The position numbers and the translations under genes are program-made. The notes under the pieces are model-generated. The model was not told the DNA's origin. It made no database searches and was given only the letters and a program-made list of their open reading frames with translations. Shown piece by piece: positions 8,749 to 18,114 of a stretch of DNA of 64,000 nt; within the stretch, counting starts at the first letter, position 1, and every line of letters begins with the position of its first letter. Where the stretch lies: positions 256,001 through 320,000 of the forward strand of contig OY776510.1 of the NCBI GenBank assembly GCA_963675665.1. The letters run 5' to 3'. This stretch comes from Spirochaetia bacterium (GTDB lineage Bacteria; Spirochaetota; Spirochaetia; UBA9216).

Positions 8749-11700
8749 CTGCTGTTCTGAATAACCTCTTTTTAAGCTCAGCAGTAAATGCTGAGGCTTT
8801 TGCCGGGGTATTTATTTGTTTCTGCGCAGAAATCCGGAATATCACATCACCGGTTACAGTGTCATACACAGAATATACACTACCCTCTTCAAGATTATCG
8901 GCAGCAGTAAGTCTATATCTGTAACTATTATCTTGATTATTTGATAAAATGTTGAACCCTGAACGCTTCAAAGCCCTCTTCAAAAAGAACCCGGGTTTAA
9001 AATTAATATTAACAGGAAATCGTATCGCTTCGGTTATAAACATCCCCGGATTTAAAATGTACAACCGTTCTGCGAGCTTTAACATACTGATGTCGCGGTT
9101 TCTTTTATTTCGTACCAGAATCCCGGCGACGGCTTCGGCAATAGACATCCGTTCCCATTCCGGATCAAGAATATTCAGAGCCCTGTTCAGCATCTTGACG
9201 TCTCCAAGCAGTCGGCCGGTTTCCAGCAGATACGACCCTTCGGCCCCGGGAGCAACTGCCGTCTCAATCGCCTCGGCCTGTTTCAGATACCCTGAAGCTG
9301 TTTTCCGGTAATTGAAATTGGCTATATAAAATGACCAGGCGGCATCCAGCCGGTTTCCCTGCTGCTCATTTGAGCATCCTACTTCAAAAGAAGCAGATCT
9401 GTATCTGCGTTCATGAAACCAGCCCAGGCACCGGAAGCGCAGCCGGTCAAACAGGGTTTTTATCCGCCCGAATCCATGTTCCGGGCTGAAACGGGCACGA
9501 TTTTCCATTCCGTAATAGATTTCCATCAATAACCTGTCGGTCTCCATCCGGTGTCGCTCCGGGTCAACCCCAAAGTAATACATCCAGGAATCATCATTAT
9601 GGTTTATAACTTCCCTGATATGGGAAAGCGCTTCATCCAGCCTTCCGAAAGTAAGATAAAGATCCGCCAGTCCCATCAGGGCAAGCGGTGTGGAGTCCAG
9701 TGTATAAGCCGTCTGATAATCATTATATGCTGATTTGAAATCAAGTCTTCCCAGGTTGATTTCAGCCCGTGCTATATATCCCGGCGCCCTTTCTCCGGTT
9801 TCAATCGAATTGTTGGTGTATTCCAGAGCTTTCTCAAAACGGTAAAATCCATGCTCCAGAAGCGAAAGATTATAATATGATACTGAAGCGAAATAATTCC
9901 AGCCCTTATCAAGGGCCATGCTTATCGATTTCAGATAATATTTTTCAGCTTCCTCATAATCATACATCCCGGAGTAGACTGTCCCGAGCGTCATATACAG
10001 AATCGGAGAATCTTCATACAGTTTGACGGCGCCGAGAAGAAGCTCCTCGGCTTCGTTCAGCCTGAAGGTTTTAAAATACATCCACCCGAGATCTGCAAGC
10101 GCATCATAATGATCCGGAACAAGCGACAGAATCTCTTCCAGAGATTGAATGGATTGCTGATCCAGATTCAACAGGCCTTCCGTAACAGAGCGTGCATACA
10201 GTATTTCTATATTGCCGGCATTTAATTCCAGTGCCAGATTGAATTGTTCAAGGGCAAGATTATAAAGTTCACGATCCGAATATAAATCTCCGGCGGCTTT
10301 TTTCAGCTCCCAATTATCCGGATACAGGGCAATGCCTTCATTCAGAAGCTGCAGGGCTGCCTCGTAATTTTCCGAATCCTGTTCCCTTTCGGCAGCTTCA
10401 AGATAGAATTGAAAATCCGGCGAATCCTGTGCCGAAACAGGCTGTAAAGTCATTGTCAACATAAAGGGCAGCATCAGAATAATAATTAAAGATCCAGGAA
10501 CTGACTTCCTTCCTGACTTGAATCTGATGAACGGAAAAACAAACAGCAACAGTCGTTTAAACACGGACTGCATTCGGAATTCCCTGATGAAATCAGCATG
10601 GTTTTTCGGAACTTCAGGCACTGCTTCAGAACCGGACCCGGGAGAAAAAACCGATTCAAGATAGGTTTCTGCAAGACGGCGGAATGCAGCGGCCAGGCCT
10701 TCTTCCACACGTTCCGCGTGCTCAAGAATCGATTCTCCGGCGGCCCTTCTGTACCCGAAAGCGGAAGCAAGACGAACTGCATGCTTATACTGCCTTTTAA
10801 TAATACTTTTACCGGAACCGAATCTTAGCAGGACAGACTCCAGAAGATGCATCAGCAGTACTGCAGCCGTGTAAAGCAGCAGAATAATCTTTACAGGATT
10901 GCGCTTTAAAATTCTTCCGATTTTCTTCATCATCGAATTAAAATCTGAAATATCTGAAGACGAATCATTTTCATCGGAATATGCGGAATCAATCGAGTAC
11001 TCGTTGGCGAATATCTCCTCGACAAGCTCCGAATATTCGCTGCTGTCAAGCATGCCGAACGTTATATCCTCTCCGGGGGCGATTCTCTCGGTTGTCGGAT
11101 CAAACTCTACCCAGCCGAAATCTTCAAAGGGTACTTCAACCCAGGCGTGAGCCATATCCTCCCGTACAGGATAAACATTCAGTATCCCGCTTTGCGGATC
11201 AATAAAAAATCCTGCCGCAACCCTTGCCGGAATACCGAGACTTCGACACATAAGCGCCATTGAAAAAGCGAAATATGAACAATATCCTTTTTTGCCGGTA
11301 AACAGAAAATGATGAAGCTGATTGCCGTCGGCGGCTACTCCCGGCTTCAGCGAATAATAGTATGTATCATGAAGGTAAAACATTATTGCTATTACCTTGT
11401 CGTACGGAGTAACCAGGCCGGCGGTAATATTTTCGGCAAGTTCCTTAACCTTGTAATCGCCGCCGTATTCGGTATAAAATTCATATAAATCGCTGTCCAT
11501 TTCAAGAAGGGGCGCTTCAGAAAGTTCCCATGAGGGCAACTCAACCGATTCCGATAAAACCCTGTAATTCTGCAGAAAAGAAGACCCCTTCCAGTTGGTC
11601 AGAGGACTGATTTCTACCGGATAATTCATCGCTATCAAAGAAGATGGATCAAAATTGACAATAAAATATTCCTGTTCGGACTGTACTCTTCGCGCATAAC

Positions 11701-12613
11701 GCTCTACATCAAGTCTCAGCGGTTTGTCCGGCAGCGTCAACTGCTGTTCGTCTTCGTCGGGGCCGGACTGAAGGAAAAAGCCCCGCTCGGGCTTGTACCC
11801 GGAGAGATAAAACCTTCTGAGATAAACTGAATTCAAATACCCGTAATTTCGGAACAGCAGGACAAGATCATTATCCATCTTTATTTCGCTTTCCAGTTTC
11901 ACATAATCCGAAAAATCAAACCTGAACAGCGTGGGCTGCATCAGACCTCCGCCTTCCTTCGATGCGCCCTCTGAATAGCGGCCGAACAGCACCAGCAGAA
12001 TTACCAGAAAAACCGGAATAAACATAACCAGAAAAGACAGGGGCCCCTTTTTGCCGGAACCGGAAGAATAAAGAACAAGAACAATAATTTCAATAATTAT
12101 AAAAATAATGCTGAATACTGCAAGAATTCCCGGATGCGGAAATACTGTTACCTCATATCCGCCCTGTTTCCACAACAGCAGACAGAAAACCGCCGCATTA
12201 AGAAATACCTCCATATAAATAAAACCGGCTTTGCGCCTTTCCAGGATACTGCATGAGACTATATACAATACCGCCGGCAACAGCGGAAAAAACCCCGAAT
12301 CAAACCTGAACCCGGTAAATGCAGATTCAGCGCCTCCGGGGATAATACCGGCTGCAGACAGAACAATAAACCGCACAACAAAGGCAAAAACACCTGCTGC
12401 AGCCAGAGCCGGAACCAGTCTCAGTCCGGATTTTTCAAGAAACCTGCTGCCGATCAGCGATATTATAAATACTGCGGCAGTAAACACTGGCGAAAGTATA
12501 TCGCTGAGATAACTGACTACAAGAACCAGAAGCATGGCTTCTGCCGCCCATCTTAGTATTTTTACGGCAGGAGACAAAGATCTCCCGGAATCAGAGAATT
12601 GTCGCATCAACAA
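8726..12613 (-). CDS. Membrane transglutaminase-like protein (TgpA-like) with C-terminal TPR array
   Basis: N-terminal TMs; GYCSYFA, HAWVEV, WVEFDPT triad; further TMs then TPR repeats. Confidence 0.85.
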   Translation of the reverse strand: MLMRQFSDSGRSLSPAVKILRWAAEAMLLVLVVSYLSDILSPVFTAAVFIISLIGSRFLEKSGLRLVPALAAAGVFAFVVRFIVLSAAGIIPGGAESAFTGFRFDSGFFPLLPAVLYIVSCSILERRKAGFIYMEVFLNAAVFCLLLWKQGGYEVTVFPHPGILAVFSIIFIIIEIIVLVLYSSGSGKKGPLSFLVMFIPVFLVILLVLFGRYSEGASKEGGGLMQPTLFRFDFSDYVKLESEIKMDNDLVLLFRNYGYLNSVYLRRFYLSGYKPERGFFLQSGPDEDEQQLTLPDKPLRLDVERYARRVQSEQEYFIVNFDPSSLIAMNYPVEISPLTNWKGSSFLQNYRVLSESVELPSWELSEAPLLEMDSDLYEFYTEYGGDYKVKELAENITAGLVTPYDKVIAIMFYLHDTYYYSLKPGVAADGNQLHHFLFTGKKGYCSYFAFSMALMCRSLGIPARVAAGFFIDPQSGILNVYPVREDMAHAWVEVPFEDFGWVEFDPTTERIAPGEDITFGMLDSSEYSELVEEIFANEYSIDSAYSDENDSSSDISDFNSMMKKIGRILKRNPVKIILLLYTAAVLLMHLLESVLLRFGSGKSIIKRQYKHAVRLASAFGYRRAAGESILEHAERVEEGLAAAFRRLAETYLESVFSPGSGSEAVPEVPKNHADFIREFRMQSVFKRLLLFVFPFIRFKSGRKSVPGSLIIILMLPFMLTMTLQPVSAQDSPDFQFYLEAAEREQDSENYEAALQLLNEGIALYPDNWELKKAAGDLYSDRELYNLALEQFNLALELNAGNIEILYARSVTEGLLNLDQQSIQSLEEILSLVPDHYDALADLGWMYFKTFRLNEAEELLLGAVKLYEDSPILYMTLGTVYSGMYDYEEAEKYYLKSISMALDKGWNYFASVSYYNLSLLEHGFYRFEKALEYTNNSIETGERAPGYIARAEINLGRLDFKSAYNDYQTAYTLDSTPLALMGLADLYLTFGRLDEALSHIREVINHNDDSWMYYFGVDPERHRMETDRLLMEIYYGMENRARFSPEHGFGRIKTLFDRLRFRCLGWFHERRYRSASFEVGCSNEQQGNRLDAAWSFYIANFNYRKTASGYLKQAEAIETAVAPGAEGSYLLETGRLLGDVKMLNRALNILDPEWERMSIAEAVAGILVRNKRNRDISMLKLAERLYILNPGMFITEAIRFPVNINFKPGFFLKRALKRSGFNILSNNQDNSYRYRLTAADNLEEGSVYSVYDTVTGDVIFRISAQKQINTPAKASAFTAELKKRLFRTADGESFPF

Positions 12614-13721
12614 CCCCCTTTAAACCCGACAGTTTTGAAATCAGGTAACCGGAAGCGGTCCTGATGGTATCGGATGCCTTATGATCCTCAAAATCATTAT
12701 CCCGGCTGCCGAACAGAATTTTTCTTATCGCGTCTTTCCGGCCGACCGCATCCGGCCCGGGCATTACAGGAATAATGACATTAATGGGTCTGCCCGCACC
12801 TGCAACAGCCTTGCATAACTGTTCCGCCCGTGAAGAAAAGGCCGAACAGAAAAGAAGATTACCGTTTTCACCTGAGGCCCCTGTGCCTGCAGCATCATTC
12901 CACCACAGCCCCGGGAGAATTTTCTGCGGTTCAACCGGCTTAACACCTCCGGCAGCCGAAAGCTCTACAGCAACCCCGGCGGAATTAAACCGTTCAATAA
13001 TCCCGCTCAAACAGTTCACATAATAATCAAGATAACGTCCGGCAGCCACGGATCCTAGTATTTTTTCGGCATCACCCGAAAGATCCGGAATTATGATAAT
13101 CCGCGAATCAGGTTCGGGAAGTTCCTCTCCGAGCCGGATAAACAATTCACCGAGATGCGCGTACGTCTTCCAGTTGATTCTTCGGACATCATCGCCGGGA
13201 AAATATTGCCGGCTTTCAAGAAATTCGTCGCTGCGCTTTTTTTTCATCATCCTGCTTACATTCTCGCCGCCGGTTTTCATTATATGAGGCATCTGCTCAT
13301 ACCTGATTCCGGCCGGTTTTACAGTCAGCTTCTGTTCACCGGTTGAGAAATATCTGTAATTGAAGAAACCTGCGGCATCTTTCATGTTCAGATATACACC
13401 GCGAGTGATGTATTCACCTCTCCTGTCTGCCTTAATCAGAATTGTTCCGTGCTGTTCCCGGTCCGAAAAACTTCTGTGGCCTTCCAGCTTTCTGTCATGC
13501 CAATCAAAGTCCATTCCGACATCAATAATGCAGCCGGGCAGAACGGGAAAAGATCGCTTTACCTCGTAGCGCACTTCAACCGTTGAGCCGCACTCAACCG
13601 GTTCCAACGGAACATGAGGCACTATTTCAACACTTTTGAATACAATAAGCCTGTATTGAAGAAAAGAGACGACCAGAGCAATTAAAAAAACTGTTCCGAA
13701 TCCGGCGCCCCAGAACATCAT
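12591..13721 (-). CDS. DUF58 protein; true start probably upstream (TTG 13810) across a T9 frameshift
   Basis: RRGEY, EFLESRQYFPGDDVRRINWK motifs. Confidence 0.85.
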   Translation of the reverse strand: MMFWGAGFGTVFLIALVVSFLQYRLIVFKSVEIVPHVPLEPVECGSTVEVRYEVKRSFPVLPGCIIDVGMDFDWHDRKLEGHRSFSDREQHGTILIKADRRGEYITRGVYLNMKDAAGFFNYRYFSTGEQKLTVKPAGIRYEQMPHIMKTGGENVSRMMKKKRSDEFLESRQYFPGDDVRRINWKTYAHLGELFIRLGEELPEPDSRIIIIPDLSGDAEKILGSVAAGRYLDYYVNCLSGIIERFNSAGVAVELSAAGGVKPVEPQKILPGLWWNDAAGTGASGENGNLLFCSAFSSRAEQLCKAVAGAGRPINVIIPVMPGPDAVGRKDAIRKILFGSRDNDFEDHKASDTIRTASGYLISKLSGLKGVVDATIL

Positions 13722-13790
13722 GCCGATTTCAGAACGAAGAATGCCCGCTACCAGAAATAATATTGAAATAAAAAAAAAGCGGCGCCTGTG

Positions 13791-14768
13791 TTAGTAATCG
13801 ATTTTATCAAGGCTTTCAAGAACCAGCTCCCTTACAAGTTCGGCACTGCCGCTTTTTCGGCCGCTCATTATCATCCGGTGCGACATAACCGGTACGCAAA
13901 GATCAATAATATCCTGATCAATTACATAATCGCGTCCCCGCTGCAAAGCTAACGCCTTTGCCGTCTTTATCAGCATCAAAGGCCCCCGCGGCGAGACACC
14001 TGCTTCAACATCTTTCATGGAGCGGGTTGCGGCCGCGGCATCAATCGCAGCCCTAATCAGTCGCTCATCGCAGAAAACCATCTCGGAGGCAGCTCTTGCC
14101 GATAAAATATCATCCGCACTGCAAACCGGTTTAAGCTCGGGAATGGTCCTCACGGAAGGATCTTCTGTTACTATAAGAAATTCCGAATCCCTGTCGGGGT
14201 AACCGATTGACAACCTCATCATAAACCGGTCCATCTGGGCGGCCGGCAGTCTGTAAGTGCCCTCAATTTCTATCGGGTTCTGGGTCGCAATCACAAAAAA
14301 GAACTCTTCAAGACTTCTGGTTGTGCTGCCGACGGTAACCTGGCCTTCAGCCATTACCTCAAGTAATGCAGACTGCACCTTTGGAGTTGTTCTGTTAATC
14401 TCGTCGGCAAGGACAATTGACGCGAATATCGGACCCGGATTAAAACTGAATTCCCCGCTTTCGGGGTGAAATATATCAACTCCGGTAATATCATACGGGA
14501 GCAGATCCGGCGTGAACTGTATGCGGCTGAATCCGCGCATGGATTCTCCGGTATCTATCAGTGCCGCCAGGGTCCGGGCAGTCGTTGTTTTTCCGAGTCC
14601 GGGCATATCTTCAATCAGCACATGCCCGCCTGCCGTAACCGCAGTCACAAGAAATTCGAGAAACCTGCGCTTGCCCTTTATAACCACAGACAAACCGTCG
14701 ATCAGCCTGTTTACTGTCGCGGCGCCTTCGGAGATTTTTTCCGCTGCTCCAATGCTCTGTTCAGACAT
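13791..14768 (-). CDS. MoxR-family AAA+ ATPase
   Basis: PGLGKT, RIQFTPDLLP, LADEINR, ATQNPIE, DRF, SPR. Confidence 0.95.
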   Translation of the reverse strand: MSEQSIGAAEKISEGAATVNRLIDGLSVVIKGKRRFLEFLVTAVTAGGHVLIEDMPGLGKTTTARTLAALIDTGESMRGFSRIQFTPDLLPYDITGVDIFHPESGEFSFNPGPIFASIVLADEINRTTPKVQSALLEVMAEGQVTVGSTTRSLEEFFFVIATQNPIEIEGTYRLPAAQMDRFMMRLSIGYPDRDSEFLIVTEDPSVRTIPELKPVCSADDILSARAASEMVFCDERLIRAAIDAAAATRSMKDVEAGVSPRGPLMLIKTAKALALQRGRDYVIDQDIIDLCVPVMSHRMIMSGRKSGSAELVRELVLESLDKIDY

Positions 14769-14820
14769 GGGTTGATTTTATCACGGCTGATGGTATTATA
14801 ACAGCCGTTGATCAAAGATT

Positions 14821-17800
14821 TTATATTTCAATTGCAATCCCGCCGCGAAGATAAAAAAGACTGCAGCGCGCGGGTTTTGAGAACAGCTCGGAGGCGGCAT
14901 CGATATAGATACTCATCTGAAGATCGTACTCGCCGGGAATTATTCTGCGGTCTGTTTTAAAATCAACAACAATAACTTCTTCATCGGTTTCAATCACAAG
15001 ATCAATAATTCCGTTAACAAGAATTTCTTTGCCGGCATACATTCTGACAGCTGAAAAAGGAAGCTCCGACTCAAAAGAAACCGCTCGCGGCACTGTCTTC
15101 CAGATTTCCGATTCGAAAAAGCCCTCCGCAAGTGAAAAAGCCGCACTAAAAAGATGCGGCCAGTCCGGATCCTCTATCTTTCTGAAAAAAGGTCTGAGTT
15201 CATCTGAAACAGGCAAAGGATCTGTTCTTCCGCCGGCGTCCGGGTTTTTAATCGTATACTCGATAATCCGGTGGGCCAATGTGCCGAATTCGGCTTCCAG
15301 CCCGCCGTTTAGAAGAATCTTTTCTACCCCGTCCTCAAGTGCGGGAAGATCTGTTCCACCGGCTGCCGATTTTCCCGAAGCTTCATCGGCGCCAAGGGCT
15401 TCCGCATTAAGTTCCGTAACAGCATATTCGGTTTTTTCAAGAAAAAATTCCCGTATTTCGGCTGCTGCATAGAGCCGTGAAACTTCCGTCATATCAGCCT
15501 TTCCGCCGACCGTTACCCGTTCAGGCGTCCATACAATATTTTCAATCCGTTTAATATAGGGTTCAAGTTCCGGACATTCAAACGGGTCCGTTCCGTCAAT
15601 CCAGCCGAAAGCCGATAAAAACATGTTCAGCATCGACTTTTCTCCGCTGCGGTTGTTTTTGCCGTGGCAGCCTGATATTACGAGATGGTTTTCTGCCCGC
15701 GTAAGAGCCACATACAGCAGCCGGCGAAGCTCGGCATCTTCCCTGTCGGCATTTTCAGCCTTTCCCCTGCTGTAAAAATAATTGGACCTTTTCCGTTCAC
15801 CGGCGGCCTGCTCTGAATTGTTTACAAGGTTGAAAGACAAACCGTCGGTTTCCGAAATATAAGCCGGGGCAGAGCCGCCGCGATCCGCGACACCGCGGTT
15901 TCCGGCATTGGCTATTATCACAACCGGAAACTCAAGGCCTTTTGACTGATGTACAGGCATCATTTTTACGCCGCCGGATGAATAACCGAGAATTTTCAGC
16001 TCGTCAATCTTCCTGTATTCACCGAGGTTTTCACGAACATAATCGAGAAACGAGGCCGTCGATTGGCCCCGGCCGTCAAAATCGGCTGCAAGAGCATGAA
16101 GATAATCATAATATTCAAGATAACCGTACTGTGAACTGTCTGAAAGAATAAGATACCGGTAACCTGATTTAAACCAGATCTCTTTAATGATATCAGCCAG
16201 CGGCTCGCGGTCAATCAGTGAAAGAATGCGTTCATATAATGAAATTGCAGTTCTGTATTTAGACCTGTCGGATTCACCTATACAGCATTCTTCCTGACCT
16301 TCGGCGAAAACGGGCTTTCTTGAAAGAATGAACTGAACAAAGGACAAATCCGAAATATTTACAAGCGGCGACCTAAGAAAAGCGGCGGACGCTGTTCTGT
16401 CTTCAGGGTACAGACAAATCTGCAGTAAATTGTATATATCGTTTACAGGTGCTTCCTGAAAAAGACTTCTGACGCTGTGAACCGAATAAGGAATTCCTTT
16501 TAATCTGAAAACCTTCTCATATGTTTTCTGGTTGGTTCCCGAACGGAATAACATGGCAAAATCGTTATAATCCGCCGGACGAACAGTGTCCCTGTCATTT
16601 ACTTCAAGCTTCCCGACTGAATCAATAATATAATCAGCTATTGCGTAAGCTTCGGATTCTTCCGCAGAAAGTGAGTCTTCCGGAAGTTCCGGGTCCCAGG
16701 GCTTGTATAAAAGCCTGATATCAGGCTCTTTCGACAATTTTGCCTCTCTCGATTTCAGCGGGACAAATTCAGCCTGATATTCCAGACTGCTGTCCCGCAT
16801 TACATGGCTGAAAACGTCATTGAAAAACCTGATCAGCCCGGGTTCGCTCCGATAATTTTTATTCAAGGGCATTGAAACCCCGCCGGAGGCTTCAAACTCG
16901 CTGCTGAGCTGCTTAAACACACTGACATCGGCACCTCTGAAACGGTAAATCGACTGTTTCTCGTCGCCGACAAAAAACAGTTTCGACGGATCAAGTTCCG
17001 CAGCCGAAGGAATACCATCCGATTCGCGACCTTCCGCTTCAGCAAGAAGATAGAGAAGCTCCTTCTGCAGGCTGTTGTTATCCTGAAATTCATCGATCAT
17101 GATAAACCTGAACAATCCCTTGTAATAGCGCCTCAGCTCCTTATCAGTCCTGAGCCCCGAAACAGCCATCGTCAGCACATCATGAAAACCCAGAATGCCT
17201 GCGCTGCGTTTCCTGCTGAAAAGTTCTTCCTGAAATTCCGAAGTCAGTTTAAACAGTCCTTCAAGCAGATCACGGTTGTCGACGGTATCAATAAGAGTTC
17301 CAAGTTCTTCCACTGCAGGCCTGAGCTCATCGATAATTTCCTTGCACCTGATAAACTCCGGTTTATCCGATCTTCCCCTCGGTTTGCCGACAGCTAAAAC
17401 CGTCAGAGTTTCTTTAAGATCATCATAACTGTCCGCACTGAATTTCCGAAGCTGCTCCTGAACATTTTTTACACCGACAAGATCAGATTCCATTATAACT
17501 ATCTCATCTACAAGATCTTTAATTTTTCCTGTTCCGAGGGCAAGCTGTTCAGCAGCGGTTTCCATCTGTGAAGCAAATACTGCGTTAAAATCTTTCGGGT
17601 CACCGAGAGAAAGATAGTTCATTGCCATGTTTACAAAAAAGTTTTTCCAGACGTTCTCGAACCCGTTAATAAAAATAAATTCACCAAGATAAGGATCCCA
17701 GGAACGGGACAGGATAAAATCCAGCGAAACATCCGAAGACAGTGTTTGCGCAGCCGATTCATCCGTTTTAAAGGATGAAGGAATGCCGAACAATGTACTG

Positions 17801-18114
17801 CAGTCTCTTGTTATGCGGGAACAGAAACTGTCGAGCGTCGAAATAGCCGCTTTGTCGAATTCCGCTGCGGCTGCCGCCACGGCATGTTTTTCAATGTTTC
17901 CCAGCAGAAGACCGTAAATTCGTTCATACATCTCTGCGGCGGCTTTTCTTGTAAACGTAAGTGTCAGGATTTCTGAAATTCCCGCCCGGCCTTCTTCTAC
18001 AAGCCGGAGAAATCTTTCAGCAAGAACAGTCGTTTTTCCCGAACCCGCCCCCGCCGAAACAACCGCATTTGTTCTGCAGTCTGCTACTGCCTGCTGATAT
18101 TTATCCAGTTTCAT
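14821..18114 (-). CDS. addA: AddA/UvrD-type helicase with C-terminal PD-(D/E)XK nuclease
   Basis: AGAGSGKT, TFTRKAA, IDEFQD, VGDEKQSIYRFRGAD, HQSKGLEF, YVALTRA; GIIDL..VDFKT. Confidence 0.88.
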   Translation of the reverse strand: MKLDKYQQAVADCRTNAVVSAGAGSGKTTVLAERFLRLVEEGRAGISEILTLTFTRKAAAEMYERIYGLLLGNIEKHAVAAAAAEFDKAAISTLDSFCSRITRDCSTLFGIPSSFKTDESAAQTLSSDVSLDFILSRSWDPYLGEFIFINGFENVWKNFFVNMAMNYLSLGDPKDFNAVFASQMETAAEQLALGTGKIKDLVDEIVIMESDLVGVKNVQEQLRKFSADSYDDLKETLTVLAVGKPRGRSDKPEFIRCKEIIDELRPAVEELGTLIDTVDNRDLLEGLFKLTSEFQEELFSRKRSAGILGFHDVLTMAVSGLRTDKELRRYYKGLFRFIMIDEFQDNNSLQKELLYLLAEAEGRESDGIPSAAELDPSKLFFVGDEKQSIYRFRGADVSVFKQLSSEFEASGGVSMPLNKNYRSEPGLIRFFNDVFSHVMRDSSLEYQAEFVPLKSREAKLSKEPDIRLLYKPWDPELPEDSLSAEESEAYAIADYIIDSVGKLEVNDRDTVRPADYNDFAMLFRSGTNQKTYEKVFRLKGIPYSVHSVRSLFQEAPVNDIYNLLQICLYPEDRTASAAFLRSPLVNISDLSFVQFILSRKPVFAEGQEECCIGESDRSKYRTAISLYERILSLIDREPLADIIKEIWFKSGYRYLILSDSSQYGYLEYYDYLHALAADFDGRGQSTASFLDYVRENLGEYRKIDELKILGYSSGGVKMMPVHQSKGLEFPVVIIANAGNRGVADRGGSAPAYISETDGLSFNLVNNSEQAAGERKRSNYFYSRGKAENADREDAELRRLLYVALTRAENHLVISGCHGKNNRSGEKSMLNMFLSAFGWIDGTDPFECPELEPYIKRIENIVWTPERVTVGGKADMTEVSRLYAAAEIREFFLEKTEYAVTELNAEALGADEASGKSAAGGTDLPALEDGVEKILLNGGLEAEFGTLAHRIIEYTIKNPDAGGRTDPLPVSDELRPFFRKIEDPDWPHLFSAAFSLAEGFFESEIWKTVPRAVSFESELPFSAVRMYAGKEILVNGIIDLVIETDEEVIVVDFKTDRRIIPGEYDLQMSIYIDAASELFSKPARCSLFYLRGGIAIEI

